From: a virus
DNA length: 46,108 nt
IMG/VR virus record: IMGVR_UViG_3300045988_154120
Span: 1 to 46,108 of that record
Reading direction: 5' to 3' (one strand)
In this document: positions 8,157 to 14,490 of the stretch, piece by piece
Position numbering within the stretch: the stretch's first letter is position 1
How the letters are laid out: each line of letters opens with the position of its first letter
The notes under the pieces: model-generated
Database searches by the model: none
What the model was told of the DNA's origin: nothing
What the model saw: only the letters and a program-made list of their open reading frames with translations
Program-made: the position numbers and the translations under genes

Positions 8157-8359
8157 TCTATTTCCTCCAATTCCAATTCTTCGCATATTTTTACGATTAT
8201 AAATCCATTCCTTGAACGCTTTATTTTTCCTTTTTTCTGTTTGGAACACATGGATCTAAATGTATTAATTGTTGTTTCTAAAAACAATGCACATTCATCT
8301 TCTGTTCCAATACAAGCAGGAAGATCATCCTTGTATATTCCATATATTTTTCGTGCCAT
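8153..8359 (-). CDS. Hypothetical protein (68 aa)
   Basis: Tracked ORF whose start abuts the stop of the loader gene. Confidence 0.5.
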   Translation of the reverse strand: MARKIYGIYKDDLPACIGTEDECALFLETTINTFRSMCSKQKKGKIKRSRNGFIIVKICEELELEEIE

Positions 8360-9150
8360 CAGTTCAACCTGTAATTCTTTCCAGGCTCTTTCTCGATTTC
8401 AAAGAAGAAACCGTTGCATTTCTCAACAATGCGCCCAACTACCGCTTCATTTATATCGATCATTTCCTGACTTGTTCTTTCGCAGGATATGATCGTCTGC
8501 ATGTTGTTGTTATAGCGATAATCAATCAAATCAAAGATTGCTTTATCATCCAACCGATTGGCACTAGATTTGAACAAATCATCTAGATACAAGATTTGAG
8601 CGTGTTTAGCACGTTCTAGAAGCGAATAATCAAAGTTGCTAATAGAATTACTCAACTCAATGTATCTGACGTACAGAACGCGTTTATTTTGTTCGAGCAA
8701 CCAATTACTGATTCCTGAACATAGATGTGTTTTCCCACATCCACTCTGTCCTAAAAACATCAACCAATTACAAGGCATGTGTTCTGCAAAATTGTTTTTA
8801 CAATCCTGGATGTAATTCACTGCCATTTTCTTGATTGCTTCCTGCCAAGGATCAGATGCAACGAAATCATTGATTCTTTTATCCAACAAATCTTTTAAAC
8901 CGCTGTTCTTTTTGTTCTTCTCAATCCACTCACTGCGATAGCTTGACAGTTTCTCACAGTCATTTCTTTTTGAACAGAACACCTTTGTTGCAGCTACCAA
9001 GTATTTCCCGTCATAATACGCTGGCTTTTCCCAAATACCACAAGCGCCTGCTGCCATGCATTTGTCACAATCACTTTGGCAATGTTTGCTTTTAAGATAT
9101 TTCTTATTTTCTTCATTTTGTTTTTGGATTATTTCACTAACTGACTGCAT
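8359..9150 (-). CDS. DnaC/IstB-like AAA+ helicase loader with an N-terminal Cys cluster
   Basis: Walker A GQSGCGKTHL and Walker B ILYLDDL are present. It lies directly downstream of the replisome organizer. Confidence 0.75.
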   Translation of the reverse strand: MQSVSEIIQKQNEENKKYLKSKHCQSDCDKCMAAGACGIWEKPAYYDGKYLVAATKVFCSKRNDCEKLSSYRSEWIEKNKKNSGLKDLLDKRINDFVASDPWQEAIKKMAVNYIQDCKNNFAEHMPCNWLMFLGQSGCGKTHLCSGISNWLLEQNKRVLYVRYIELSNSISNFDYSLLERAKHAQILYLDDLFKSSANRLDDKAIFDLIDYRYNNNMQTIISCERTSQEMIDINEAVVGRIVEKCNGFFFEIEKEPGKNYRLN

Positions 9151-9950
9151 TACATCTTCATTCCTTTCGCGATCACAAAATTATTTGTTTTTTGTTTAGG
9201 TGCTACACTGTTCAGATAAATTTCAAACTTAGATCCAAACAACGTGTCAGGCCTTAGATACTTGTTCATCTCTGTATCGTTTAACCATTCATGCGCTTTC
9301 ACATCAATCACAAGCTTAAAGTCTTCTAATCTGAATCCCTCATTCCATCTAGCATGAATCTTATCTCTAGCAATTCGATTGCTATGTTTGTAATGCTTTG
9401 AACATTTAGAATTCAAGTAGTCAATAATTTCAACATAAGGGATTGTTTCTGATGCTGATAAATCAGTGTCGTCGGAACTTTCTTTTATATTTCTTTTATT
9501 AACTGTGTATATAAATGTTTTATTAACTGTCTTAGATTGGTCATTTTTGACCATTGTACATTGGTCATTTTTGACTATTCTACAATTGCCATTTTCGACC
9601 GTTCGATTAGTCACTTTTGACCAATCGATAGATAAAGCACTTTTTAACTTTTCTCCTACTTCTCCAAACGCATACCAAGTTGTATGATTCCATGGATTTT
9701 CGTTATAGTTTCCCTTAACTAACAAGTCCAGTTCAACCATTTTATTTAAGATTCTTTTTATCTTTTGAACATTCCAATAAGGGAACATTTTATGCAATCC
9801 TTCATATGTATTGAACGTCCAATATTTCCCGTCCTGGAAGTTGTAATTATTTGCTTCGTTCTTGCTGATCCAAAAACAAAACATATCGAACATGATAGCT
9901 ATTTCAACTCCATATTCATTTGCAATTTCCGCATCAAAACTATGTTTCAT
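9150..9950 (-). CDS. Phage replisome organizer (DnaD-like, with the conserved phage C-terminus)
   Basis: The C-terminal ...HARWNEGFRLEDFKLVIDVKAHEW......YLRPDTLFG.KFE.YLN pattern is present, together with internal 8-aa/24-bp repeats. Confidence 0.7.
   Translation of the reverse strand: MKHSFDAEIANEYGVEIAIMFDMFCFWISKNEANNYNFQDGKYWTFNTYEGLHKMFPYWNVQKIKRILNKMVELDLLVKGNYNENPWNHTTWYAFGEVGEKLKSALSIDWSKVTNRTVENGNCRIVKNDQCTMVKNDQSKTVNKTFIYTVNKRNIKESSDDTDLSASETIPYVEIIDYLNSKCSKHYKHSNRIARDKIHARWNEGFRLEDFKLVIDVKAHEWLNDTEMNKYLRPDTLFGSKFEIYLNSVAPKQKTNNFVIAKGMKM
9497..9624. repeat. Six repeats at roughly 24-bp phasing inside the organizer gene; candidate replication-origin iterons
   Basis: TTATTAACTGT occurs twice (about 9497 and 9521). 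TTGGTCATTTTTGAC(C/T)A occurs at 9537 and 9561, with degenerate copies at 9586 and 9608. Confidence 0.6.
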
Positions 9951-9957
9951 ACTATCC

Positions 9958-10221
9958 TCAAAATAAAGATATTTCCTTTATTCTCTTTCTATTCCTTATA
10001 TTACTTTTAGGCAGAATCACAAGCTCATAAAGCCTTCCATCCACCTGATAAAAACGATATGCTGCACCCATACAAGAAACATTTTTTCTTTGTACGAGAG
10101 CAGCTGTAATTCCATATTCTTCAAACATATAAACTGCATCAGGAACTACCTGTAGAACCTCATATGATGCATTTTGAACCTGGATAACATCACCTGTATT
10201 AACATTAGTAGCTTCTTTCAT
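9958..10221 (-). CDS. Hypothetical protein (87 aa)
   Basis: Tracked ORF. Confidence 0.5.
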   Translation of the reverse strand: MKEATNVNTGDVIQVQNASYEVLQVVPDAVYMFEEYGITAALVQRKNVSCMGAAYRFYQVDGRLYELVILPKSNIRNRKRIKEISLF

Positions 10222-10267
10222 TTGTTTCTCCCGTCTTGTATAATTACCTCGAAAAGAGGTAACTAAA

Positions 10268-10696
10268 ATGTTAAATATTGATCCAAATTATATTCTTGCC
10301 CTTATTACTTTTGTAGCACTTATTTCTCCGTCTATTGCAAATTATATAAACTGCAAATACAACACTAAAATACGTAAATTTGAAATACTAGAAGACAGAA
10401 ATTATCAGTTGTCAATTTTCAAAAGAGATATTTATTTAAATTATCTTGAATGTGCATCTTACATTATTGTTTCTAAAACAATGAATATACAAAGCGAGCA
10501 ACAATATAAAACATATTTTTTAAAAGCTTTATCTATTTCAGATAATCAAATCACTGAATATTTAATCAGGATTAATGATTTAATTACTGATAAAAAATAC
10601 AAAGATGCATTTGTGTTGCTTCAAGAACTATCTCCATTAATCCACAATCTAATTGAATTCGATATCTCTTTACACGAGCAAAAGACTGACAAGTAA
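10268..10696 (+). CDS. Membrane-anchored hypothetical protein (142 aa); a plus-strand moron inside the minus-strand early operon
   Basis: A TATAAT-like box and AGAGG SD lie upstream, and there is an N-terminal TM helix (ILALITFVALISPSIANYI). It runs opposite to all neighbours. Confidence 0.6.
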   Translation: MLNIDPNYILALITFVALISPSIANYINCKYNTKIRKFEILEDRNYQLSIFKRDIYLNYLECASYIIVSKTMNIQSEQQYKTYFLKALSISDNQITEYLIRINDLITDKKYKDAFVLLQELSPLIHNLIEFDISLHEQKTDK

Positions 10697-10819
10697 TACA
10701 ATCACTATTTCATAGATCCAATAAAAAATAACTCCTGGAAAATCCCATACAAAATAATTCACAACCGCTAAAATAAGGGCCATAATTATTATCACTGCCA
10801 TTGTTGTTGTTGCTGTCAT
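10670..10819 (-). CDS. Possible 49-aa hydrophobic two-helix peptide
   Basis: Manual translation gives MTATTTMAVIIIMALILAVVNYFVWDFPGVIFYWIYEIVIVLLVSLLLV. It starts 5 nt after the recombinase stop and overlaps the 3' end of 10268..10696 by 27 nt. Confidence 0.3.
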   Translation of the reverse strand: MTATTTMAVIIIMALILAVVNYFVWDFPGVIFYWIYEIVIVLLVSLLLV

Positions 10820-10824
10820 ATTCC

Positions 10825-11724
10825 CTACTTCCTTTTCGCATAACTCAATGATTCAAGATTCTGCTTTTTCATTTTCCTTGTTGTACGAACATAGATTCTT
10901 GTAGTTTCTAAACTAGAATGGCCCAAAATGTCAGCTAGTTCTGCAATCGCATTTTCACCATTCTGCATCAAATACTGAATTGCAAACAAATGTCTAAATG
11001 CATGAGGATGTACTTTACCAAGCTTAATCCCTCTGCATTTACCAGCAATCATCTTTAAGTCTCTAGACAACACACGAGCGTTTACAGGACTTTTCTTATC
11101 AGAAGATGTAAATATACACCCTTCTTCAATTTTGTTGTCCTTGCAGTATTTAAGGAGCTCCCTTCGCAAGTCTGAACGTAGAATGATTCCTCTACCTTTT
11201 CCTTTGTTCATAACATAGATATTGTCATTCTTTACTGCTTCTACAGTAAAGAACTGTAATTCGCTCAGCCTAATTCCCGTATACCCAAACACCTTCATAA
11301 TCTCGTATAAGTCCATACGATTGATTTCACGGGCTTTTTTCAGTAGTCTTTGAAATTCATTAGGCTCTAGAATATCATCCAAAGAATCATCTTTCTGGAC
11401 TCTTACGTTCTTCAATAAATTCTTTGAATAATATTTCTTTAGCTTAAGAAAATTAAAATCATCATCTGAATCAATGATTTCCGCATATTTAATAAATTTA
11501 TTAATAATCACGATATAATTATTCACTGTACTGATTTTATAATCATGCAGCAGTTTATCTTTAACAGTAACTATATCGCTCTTTTTTATTTCACCATCAG
11601 GCAATGAGTTAACAAACAAAGTAGCAACATGCTTGTATTTACGAATGGTATTCTTACTTTTTTCATCCGCTGTTTCTTCTTCAATAAACCCGTCAATTTT
11701 TGTTTGTAACTCATCCTTAGTCAT
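10825..11724 (-). CDS. Second tyrosine recombinase (XerC/D-like, 299 aa)
   Basis: The catalytic set is visible: TGIRLSEL (Arg), HPHAFRHLFA (His-x-x-Arg) and GHSSLETTRIYV (His...Tyr). An N-terminal SAM-like domain is present. Confidence 0.85.
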   Translation of the reverse strand: MTKDELQTKIDGFIEEETADEKSKNTIRKYKHVATLFVNSLPDGEIKKSDIVTVKDKLLHDYKISTVNNYIVIINKFIKYAEIIDSDDDFNFLKLKKYYSKNLLKNVRVQKDDSLDDILEPNEFQRLLKKAREINRMDLYEIMKVFGYTGIRLSELQFFTVEAVKNDNIYVMNKGKGRGIILRSDLRRELLKYCKDNKIEEGCIFTSSDKKSPVNARVLSRDLKMIAGKCRGIKLGKVHPHAFRHLFAIQYLMQNGENAIAELADILGHSSLETTRIYVRTTRKMKKQNLESLSYAKRK

Positions 11725-11725
11725 A

Positions 11726-11944
11726 TTACTTAACTACCCGGATGATTGTTGTAACCAAGATCTTAGTAGACAAGAACACACATACATTCAATGCAAGTAA
11801 AGCAATGTTAATTAATGTACACGCAACCACATAATTTTTAGGTTTTGGTTTCTCGTTAATGACAAGCTTGTCATCTAACTTATAAATGTCATACTTATCG
11901 AAATTTGGAATCTCCCAAGTTTCTTTCTCTTTTTCTTTTGTCAT
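11726..11944 (-). CDS. C-terminally membrane-anchored hypothetical protein (72 aa)
   Basis: Tracked ORF with a hydrophobic C-terminus (VVACTLINIALLALNVCVFL). Confidence 0.5.
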   Translation of the reverse strand: MTKEKEKETWEIPNFDKYDIYKLDDKLVINEKPKPKNYVVACTLINIALLALNVCVFLSTKILVTTIIRVVK

Positions 11945-12007
11945 TTTATATCTCCTTTTGATGCTACTGATTATTACACTTTTACAGTGTTGAAATAACC
12001 ATAGGCA

Positions 12008-12298
12008 TTAGCACTCTTTAGAGTGCTTTTCTTTTTGTCTTACCCTTTCATGAATCGAATATGCTCTATCTTGATGGTCTATTCTTTTCACCAAAATCCA
12101 ATCCTTAGCCAATATATCATTTGTTGTAATACCTGCCATACGAACAATATATCCTTTAAAAGGAATATAAGCGCCATAGCCATAAATAGCATTATCAAAC
12201 GGCACTAAATAGCCATTTACAGTTGTGAGGAATGATTTCTTACGTACCATTCCCATTTTTCTTTTCTTTGCCAGCTTAGTGGCTTTAACAATATTCAT
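12008..12298 (-). CDS. DUF2829-like protein, from the same family as the Thoeris anti-defence protein Tad2
   Basis: The N-terminal A.KLAKK.K...RKK pattern and the C-terminal TNDILAKDWILV resemble the DUF2829 signature ...LLAEDWEIV (recalled from memory). AAAGGAG SD is present. Confidence 0.5.
   Translation of the reverse strand: MNIVKATKLAKKRKMGMVRKKSFLTTVNGYLVPFDNAIYGYGAYIPFKGYIVRMAGITTNDILAKDWILVKRIDHQDRAYSIHERVRQKEKHSKEC
12010..12037 (+). terminator. Plus-strand intrinsic-terminator-like hairpin embedded in the last codons of 12008..12298
   Basis: AGCACTC-TTTA-GAGTGCT is followed by TTTCTTTTTG. The U-run is on the plus strand only. Confidence 0.5.
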
Positions 12299-12323
12299 TT
12301 TTTATTACTCCTTTAATTTTCTG

Positions 12324-12332
12324 TGATATAAT
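12324..12332 (+). promoter_or_regulatory. Extended -10 promoter-like box TGATATAAT on the plus strand
   Basis: The match to TGnTATAAT is exact and the -35 is weak. It lies about 35 nt upstream of the 12368..12397 terminator. Confidence 0.35.
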
Positions 12333-12365
12333 AATCATGTGATTAATTTACAAGGGCTCACTACC

Positions 12366-12626
12366 CTAGCACTCTTGGCCAAGAGTGCTTTTTATTTGTT
12401 CCTTCCAAATGTCATTAAGCGCACTTTTAGTCTCAGGAAAATACTCAACAAATATTGGAGTGGGAACTGCAAGAATCTTTCCAAGCATAGTGTCTCGATA
12501 TGATCCTTCAAATATTTCACCCTTTTTATTTTTTTGTCTGCGTAGATTATGTAAAATCTTTCTAGCCTGTGTATCCTTTACGGGTAATACAAGCATCACA
12601 TCTCTAACAGTCACATATGCTTTCAT
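12366..12626 (-). CDS. Putative excisionase-like or small HTH DNA-binding protein (86 aa)
   Basis: The N-terminus VTVRDVMLVLPVKDTQARKILHNLRRQ resembles Xis/MerR-type HTH domains. It lies upstream of the second recombinase. Confidence 0.4.
   Translation of the reverse strand: MKAYVTVRDVMLVLPVKDTQARKILHNLRRQKNKKGEIFEGSYRDTMLGKILAVPTPIFVEYFPETKSALNDIWKEQIKSTLGQEC
12368..12397 (+). terminator. Plus-strand intrinsic terminator: a perfect 22-bp palindrome plus a T-run, embedded in the last codons of 12366..12626
   Basis: AGCACTCTTGG/CCAAGAGTGCT is followed by TTTTTATTT. Confidence 0.6.
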
Positions 12627-12685
12627 TTCTTTTTGATCTCCTTTCCGTTATGTTCATGTGTATAATTGATATGGAGGTATAACAC

Positions 12686-13135
12686 ATGAAGTTACTAAAT
12701 ACTTTTAAATCACTACTCGATATCGCCAATAAAATTATTCCTAGTTTTAGAATCATACGTTTTAACTCAAAAGTAATTGATTATGAGTTACAAAATAAAA
12801 CTACTTTACTCTATATTCACCTTATAAACGATTCAAACTGTGATATAGAAATAAGAAACATTTCCATTGTCGATAACGATAAAGAATATCCTGTTCTCTT
12901 AGAACCTACCCTCATTAAAGTTGAAGGCGGTAAAGCTCAATATTCTTCTGCACTTCCTTTTCAAATGAATCCAAGGACGTCAAATTACGTTTATTTAATA
13001 TTCCGTAATTATGAAGGAAGGTCTTTAGAGATTGATAATCTTCTCTCTTTGAAATTTCAAATAAATCGTAAGGAGTTAGTGATAAATCAATTCCTACCTC
13101 GTAAATCTTATTATCTGCATAATAAGCGGAGGTAA
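12686..13135 (+). CDS. Hypothetical protein (149 aa); a plus-strand moron with its own strong promoter and SD
   Basis: TGTGTATAAT lies about 20 nt upstream and a GGAGG SD is present. It runs opposite to the early operon. Confidence 0.6.
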   Translation: MKLLNTFKSLLDIANKIIPSFRIIRFNSKVIDYELQNKTTLLYIHLINDSNCDIEIRNISIVDNDKEYPVLLEPTLIKVEGGKAQYSSALPFQMNPRTSNYVYLIFRNYEGRSLEIDNLLSLKFQINRKELVINQFLPRKSYYLHNKRR

Positions 13136-13154
13136 TTACATTTCCTTTTTCCAT
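12915..13154 (-). CDS. Possible 79-aa protein encoded antisense to the 3' half of 12686..13135
   Basis: A GGAG SD lies 7 nt upstream of the ATG at 13154 (MEKGNVITSAYY...). The frame is open for 220 nt opposite the plus-strand gene, which is unusual in AT-rich DNA. Confidence 0.35.
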   Translation of the reverse strand: MEKGNVITSAYYADNKIYEVGIDLSLTPYDLFEISKREDYQSLKTFLHNYGILNKRNLTSLDSFEKEVQKNIELYRLQL

Positions 13155-13170
13155 AACATTCTCCATAAAA

Positions 13171-13218
13171 TATAAAAAGCCCTGTGTAAACCTAAATAGT
13201 GGAATTTTACACAAGGCC
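13171..13218 (-). terminator. Minus-strand intrinsic terminator downstream of the RHH gene
   Basis: GGCCTTGTGTAAA...TTTACACAGGGC is followed by TTTTTATATTTT when read on the minus strand. Confidence 0.55.
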
Positions 13219-13375
13219 TAAATTTACATTTGTTTTGTACGTATAAAACGTGGTATACTACTAGTGGCCTTGTGCCTTGATGATGATGTGAATTTGTCGC
13301 AAACAATGAAACACATCAACATCCGATTTTCTAGGGTTCGTGTTCGGTCGCCAAACTAAATCACGTTCCCTATTT

Positions 13376-13549
13376 TTATTTTACTTTGTTAATGAGCATT
13401 CTGACATATTCAGAACGGCTCATTTTTTCTTTTTTACAGAGTTCATCAAGTTTATTTAAAGTTGATTTATCAAACCGAATCTCTGTTCTAACATTTTTTG
13501 GTTCTCCTATTACAGGTCTTCCCATCTTAGACTTTGCGACTTCATTCAT
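13376..13549 (-). CDS. Ribbon-helix-helix (CopG/Arc-like) DNA-binding protein (57 aa from the internal Met)
   Basis: MNEVAKSKMGRPVIGEPKNVRTEIRFDKSTLNKLDELCKKEKMSRSEYVRMLI fits the strand-helix-helix pattern. An AGGAG SD precedes the ATG at 13549. Confidence 0.65.
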   Translation of the reverse strand: MNEVAKSKMGRPVIGEPKNVRTEIRFDKSTLNKLDELCKKEKMSRSEYVRMLINKVK

Positions 13550-13656
13550 ACCGCTCCTTTCCCAATGAACAACATACTTTTGTACGTTGATTTGTCGCAC
13601 ATATATAATGACATATGTACGTAGTTATGTCAAACGGATTATGACGAAAATTCCCA

Positions 13657-13836
13657 CTATTCAGTTTTCAAAGAACTATCGGACTCGGGATGTTTATCTG
13701 AGTCCGTTTCTGAGTCTTTTCTTTTGCTCTGAGTCAAAATACACGCGATATATCCTCGATCATACTCATTGATGTCGTATCCCATCTTTCCCAGTGTATC
13801 CAAAGCGTCTTTAGTGACATTTTCCTCATCAGTCAT
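13657..13836 (-). CDS. First early gene, a 59-aa hypothetical protein (missed by the ORF track)
   Basis: Manual translation gives MTDEENVTKDALDTLGKMGYDINEYDRGYIACILTQSKRKDSETDSDKHPESDSSLKTE. A GAAGGAGG SD is present, and it lies just downstream of the early promoter. Confidence 0.55.
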   Translation of the reverse strand: MTDEENVTKDALDTLGKMGYDINEYDRGYIACILTQSKRKDSETDSDKHPESDSSLKTE

Positions 13837-13862
13837 TACATCCCTCCTTCAAAATACTTTTC

Positions 13863-13953
13863 GTATGTTACACATACATTATAAGTATGCGTTGCATACT
13901 ATGTCAACTTAAAATCGTTTAAATAATTTGTTTTTTTTGTATACTCGGCATAC
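13863..13953. promoter_or_regulatory. Three operator-like 15-bp inverted repeats, GTAT(G/A)-N5-CATAC
   Basis: Copies lie at 13863..13877, 13885..13899 and 13939..13953, in the divergent region between the CI-like gene and the early operon. Confidence 0.55.
13878..13907 (-). promoter_or_regulatory. Early promoter (TTGACA-N18-TATAAT) on the minus strand
   Basis: The -35 is at 13902..13907 and the -10 at 13878..13883, with an operator in the spacer and another over the predicted start site. Confidence 0.6.
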
Positions 13954-13989
13954 TTTTTAATGTATAATCACAGTGTAAGCAGTTAAGAG

Positions 13990-14403
13990 GTGAAAATTGT
14001 GGAAGAACATATTGGGTCGAGAATATATAAAGTACGTAAGCATTTAAATTTGAGTATGGAAAAATTCGGTAAACAAATAGGTATCTCAAAAGGTTCAATC
14101 AATAACATCGAAAAAGGAACTACCAATCCATCAAGTCAAACTATCAATTCTATATGTCGAGAATTCAATGTTGACTATGTGTGGTTAACAGATGGCATTG
14201 GAGACAATATGTTCGTTTCTATACCTGATTCAAAAATAGATCAACTAATCGAAGATTACGGCTTAAAACCAGAAGATAAATGGCTTGTGCGAGGATACCT
14301 TGAAGCACCACCTGATATAAAACAACAAGTTGCAGATTATTTGTGGTCAATTGTAAATAGAGAATTAGCTAAAAGAGAAAAAGAAAAGAGTAACAAGAAA
14401 TAA
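13990..14403 (+). CDS. CI-like XRE-family repressor (137 aa; alternative GTG start at 13999)
   Basis: HTH IYKVRKHLNLSMEKFGKQIGISKGSINNIEKG plus a C-terminal domain. It is divergent from the early operon. Confidence 0.8.
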   Translation: MKIVEEHIGSRIYKVRKHLNLSMEKFGKQIGISKGSINNIEKGTTNPSSQTINSICREFNVDYVWLTDGIGDNMFVSIPDSKIDQLIEDYGLKPEDKWLVRGYLEAPPDIKQQVADYLWSIVNRELAKREKEKSNKK

Positions 14404-14420
14404 CTTGTTACTCTTTGTTT
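14388..14420 (+). terminator. Intrinsic terminator of the repressor gene
   Basis: GAGTAACAAG-AAATAA-CTTGTTACTC is followed by TTTGTTT, and the stop codon lies in the loop. Confidence 0.65.
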
Positions 14421-14449
14421 ACTATATTTTTACTATATGTTTACTAATA
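14417..14449. repeat. Three tandem 11-bp repeats, (G/T)TTTACTA(T/A)AT
   Basis: TTTACTATAT occurs at 14418 and 14429 and TTTACTAATA at 14440, an exact 11-bp period. Confidence 0.6.
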
Positions 14450-14473
14450 AAAAAAGCTAGACTAAATCTAGCT
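14448..14473 (-). terminator. Minus-strand terminator after mazF
   Basis: AGCTAGA-N5-TCTAGCT, with a T7 run on the minus strand. Confidence 0.55.
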
Positions 14474-14490
14474 TATGTACTAGAATGTAG

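Noticed and set aside
12008-12626. The idea that the recombinase plus hairpin-ended ORFs form an integron-like cassette array.
   Set aside because: The palindromes lack the R''/L''/L'/R' organisation and the GTTRRRY core of attC. The recombinase is short for an IntI and shows no obvious IntI-specific insertion. The genes lie in an ordinary phage operon.
13587-13772. Plus-strand 61-aa ORF in the switch region.
   Set aside because: It overlaps the SD-supported 59-aa minus-strand early ORF and the RHH promoter, and has no SD.
14417-14449. Resemblance of the reverse complement (ATATAGTAAAC) to the XerD arm of Firmicutes dif (TTATGTAAACT).
   Set aside because: The match covers only about 8 nt. 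The repeats are direct rather than inverted around a 6-bp spacer, and there is no XerC-arm counterpart.
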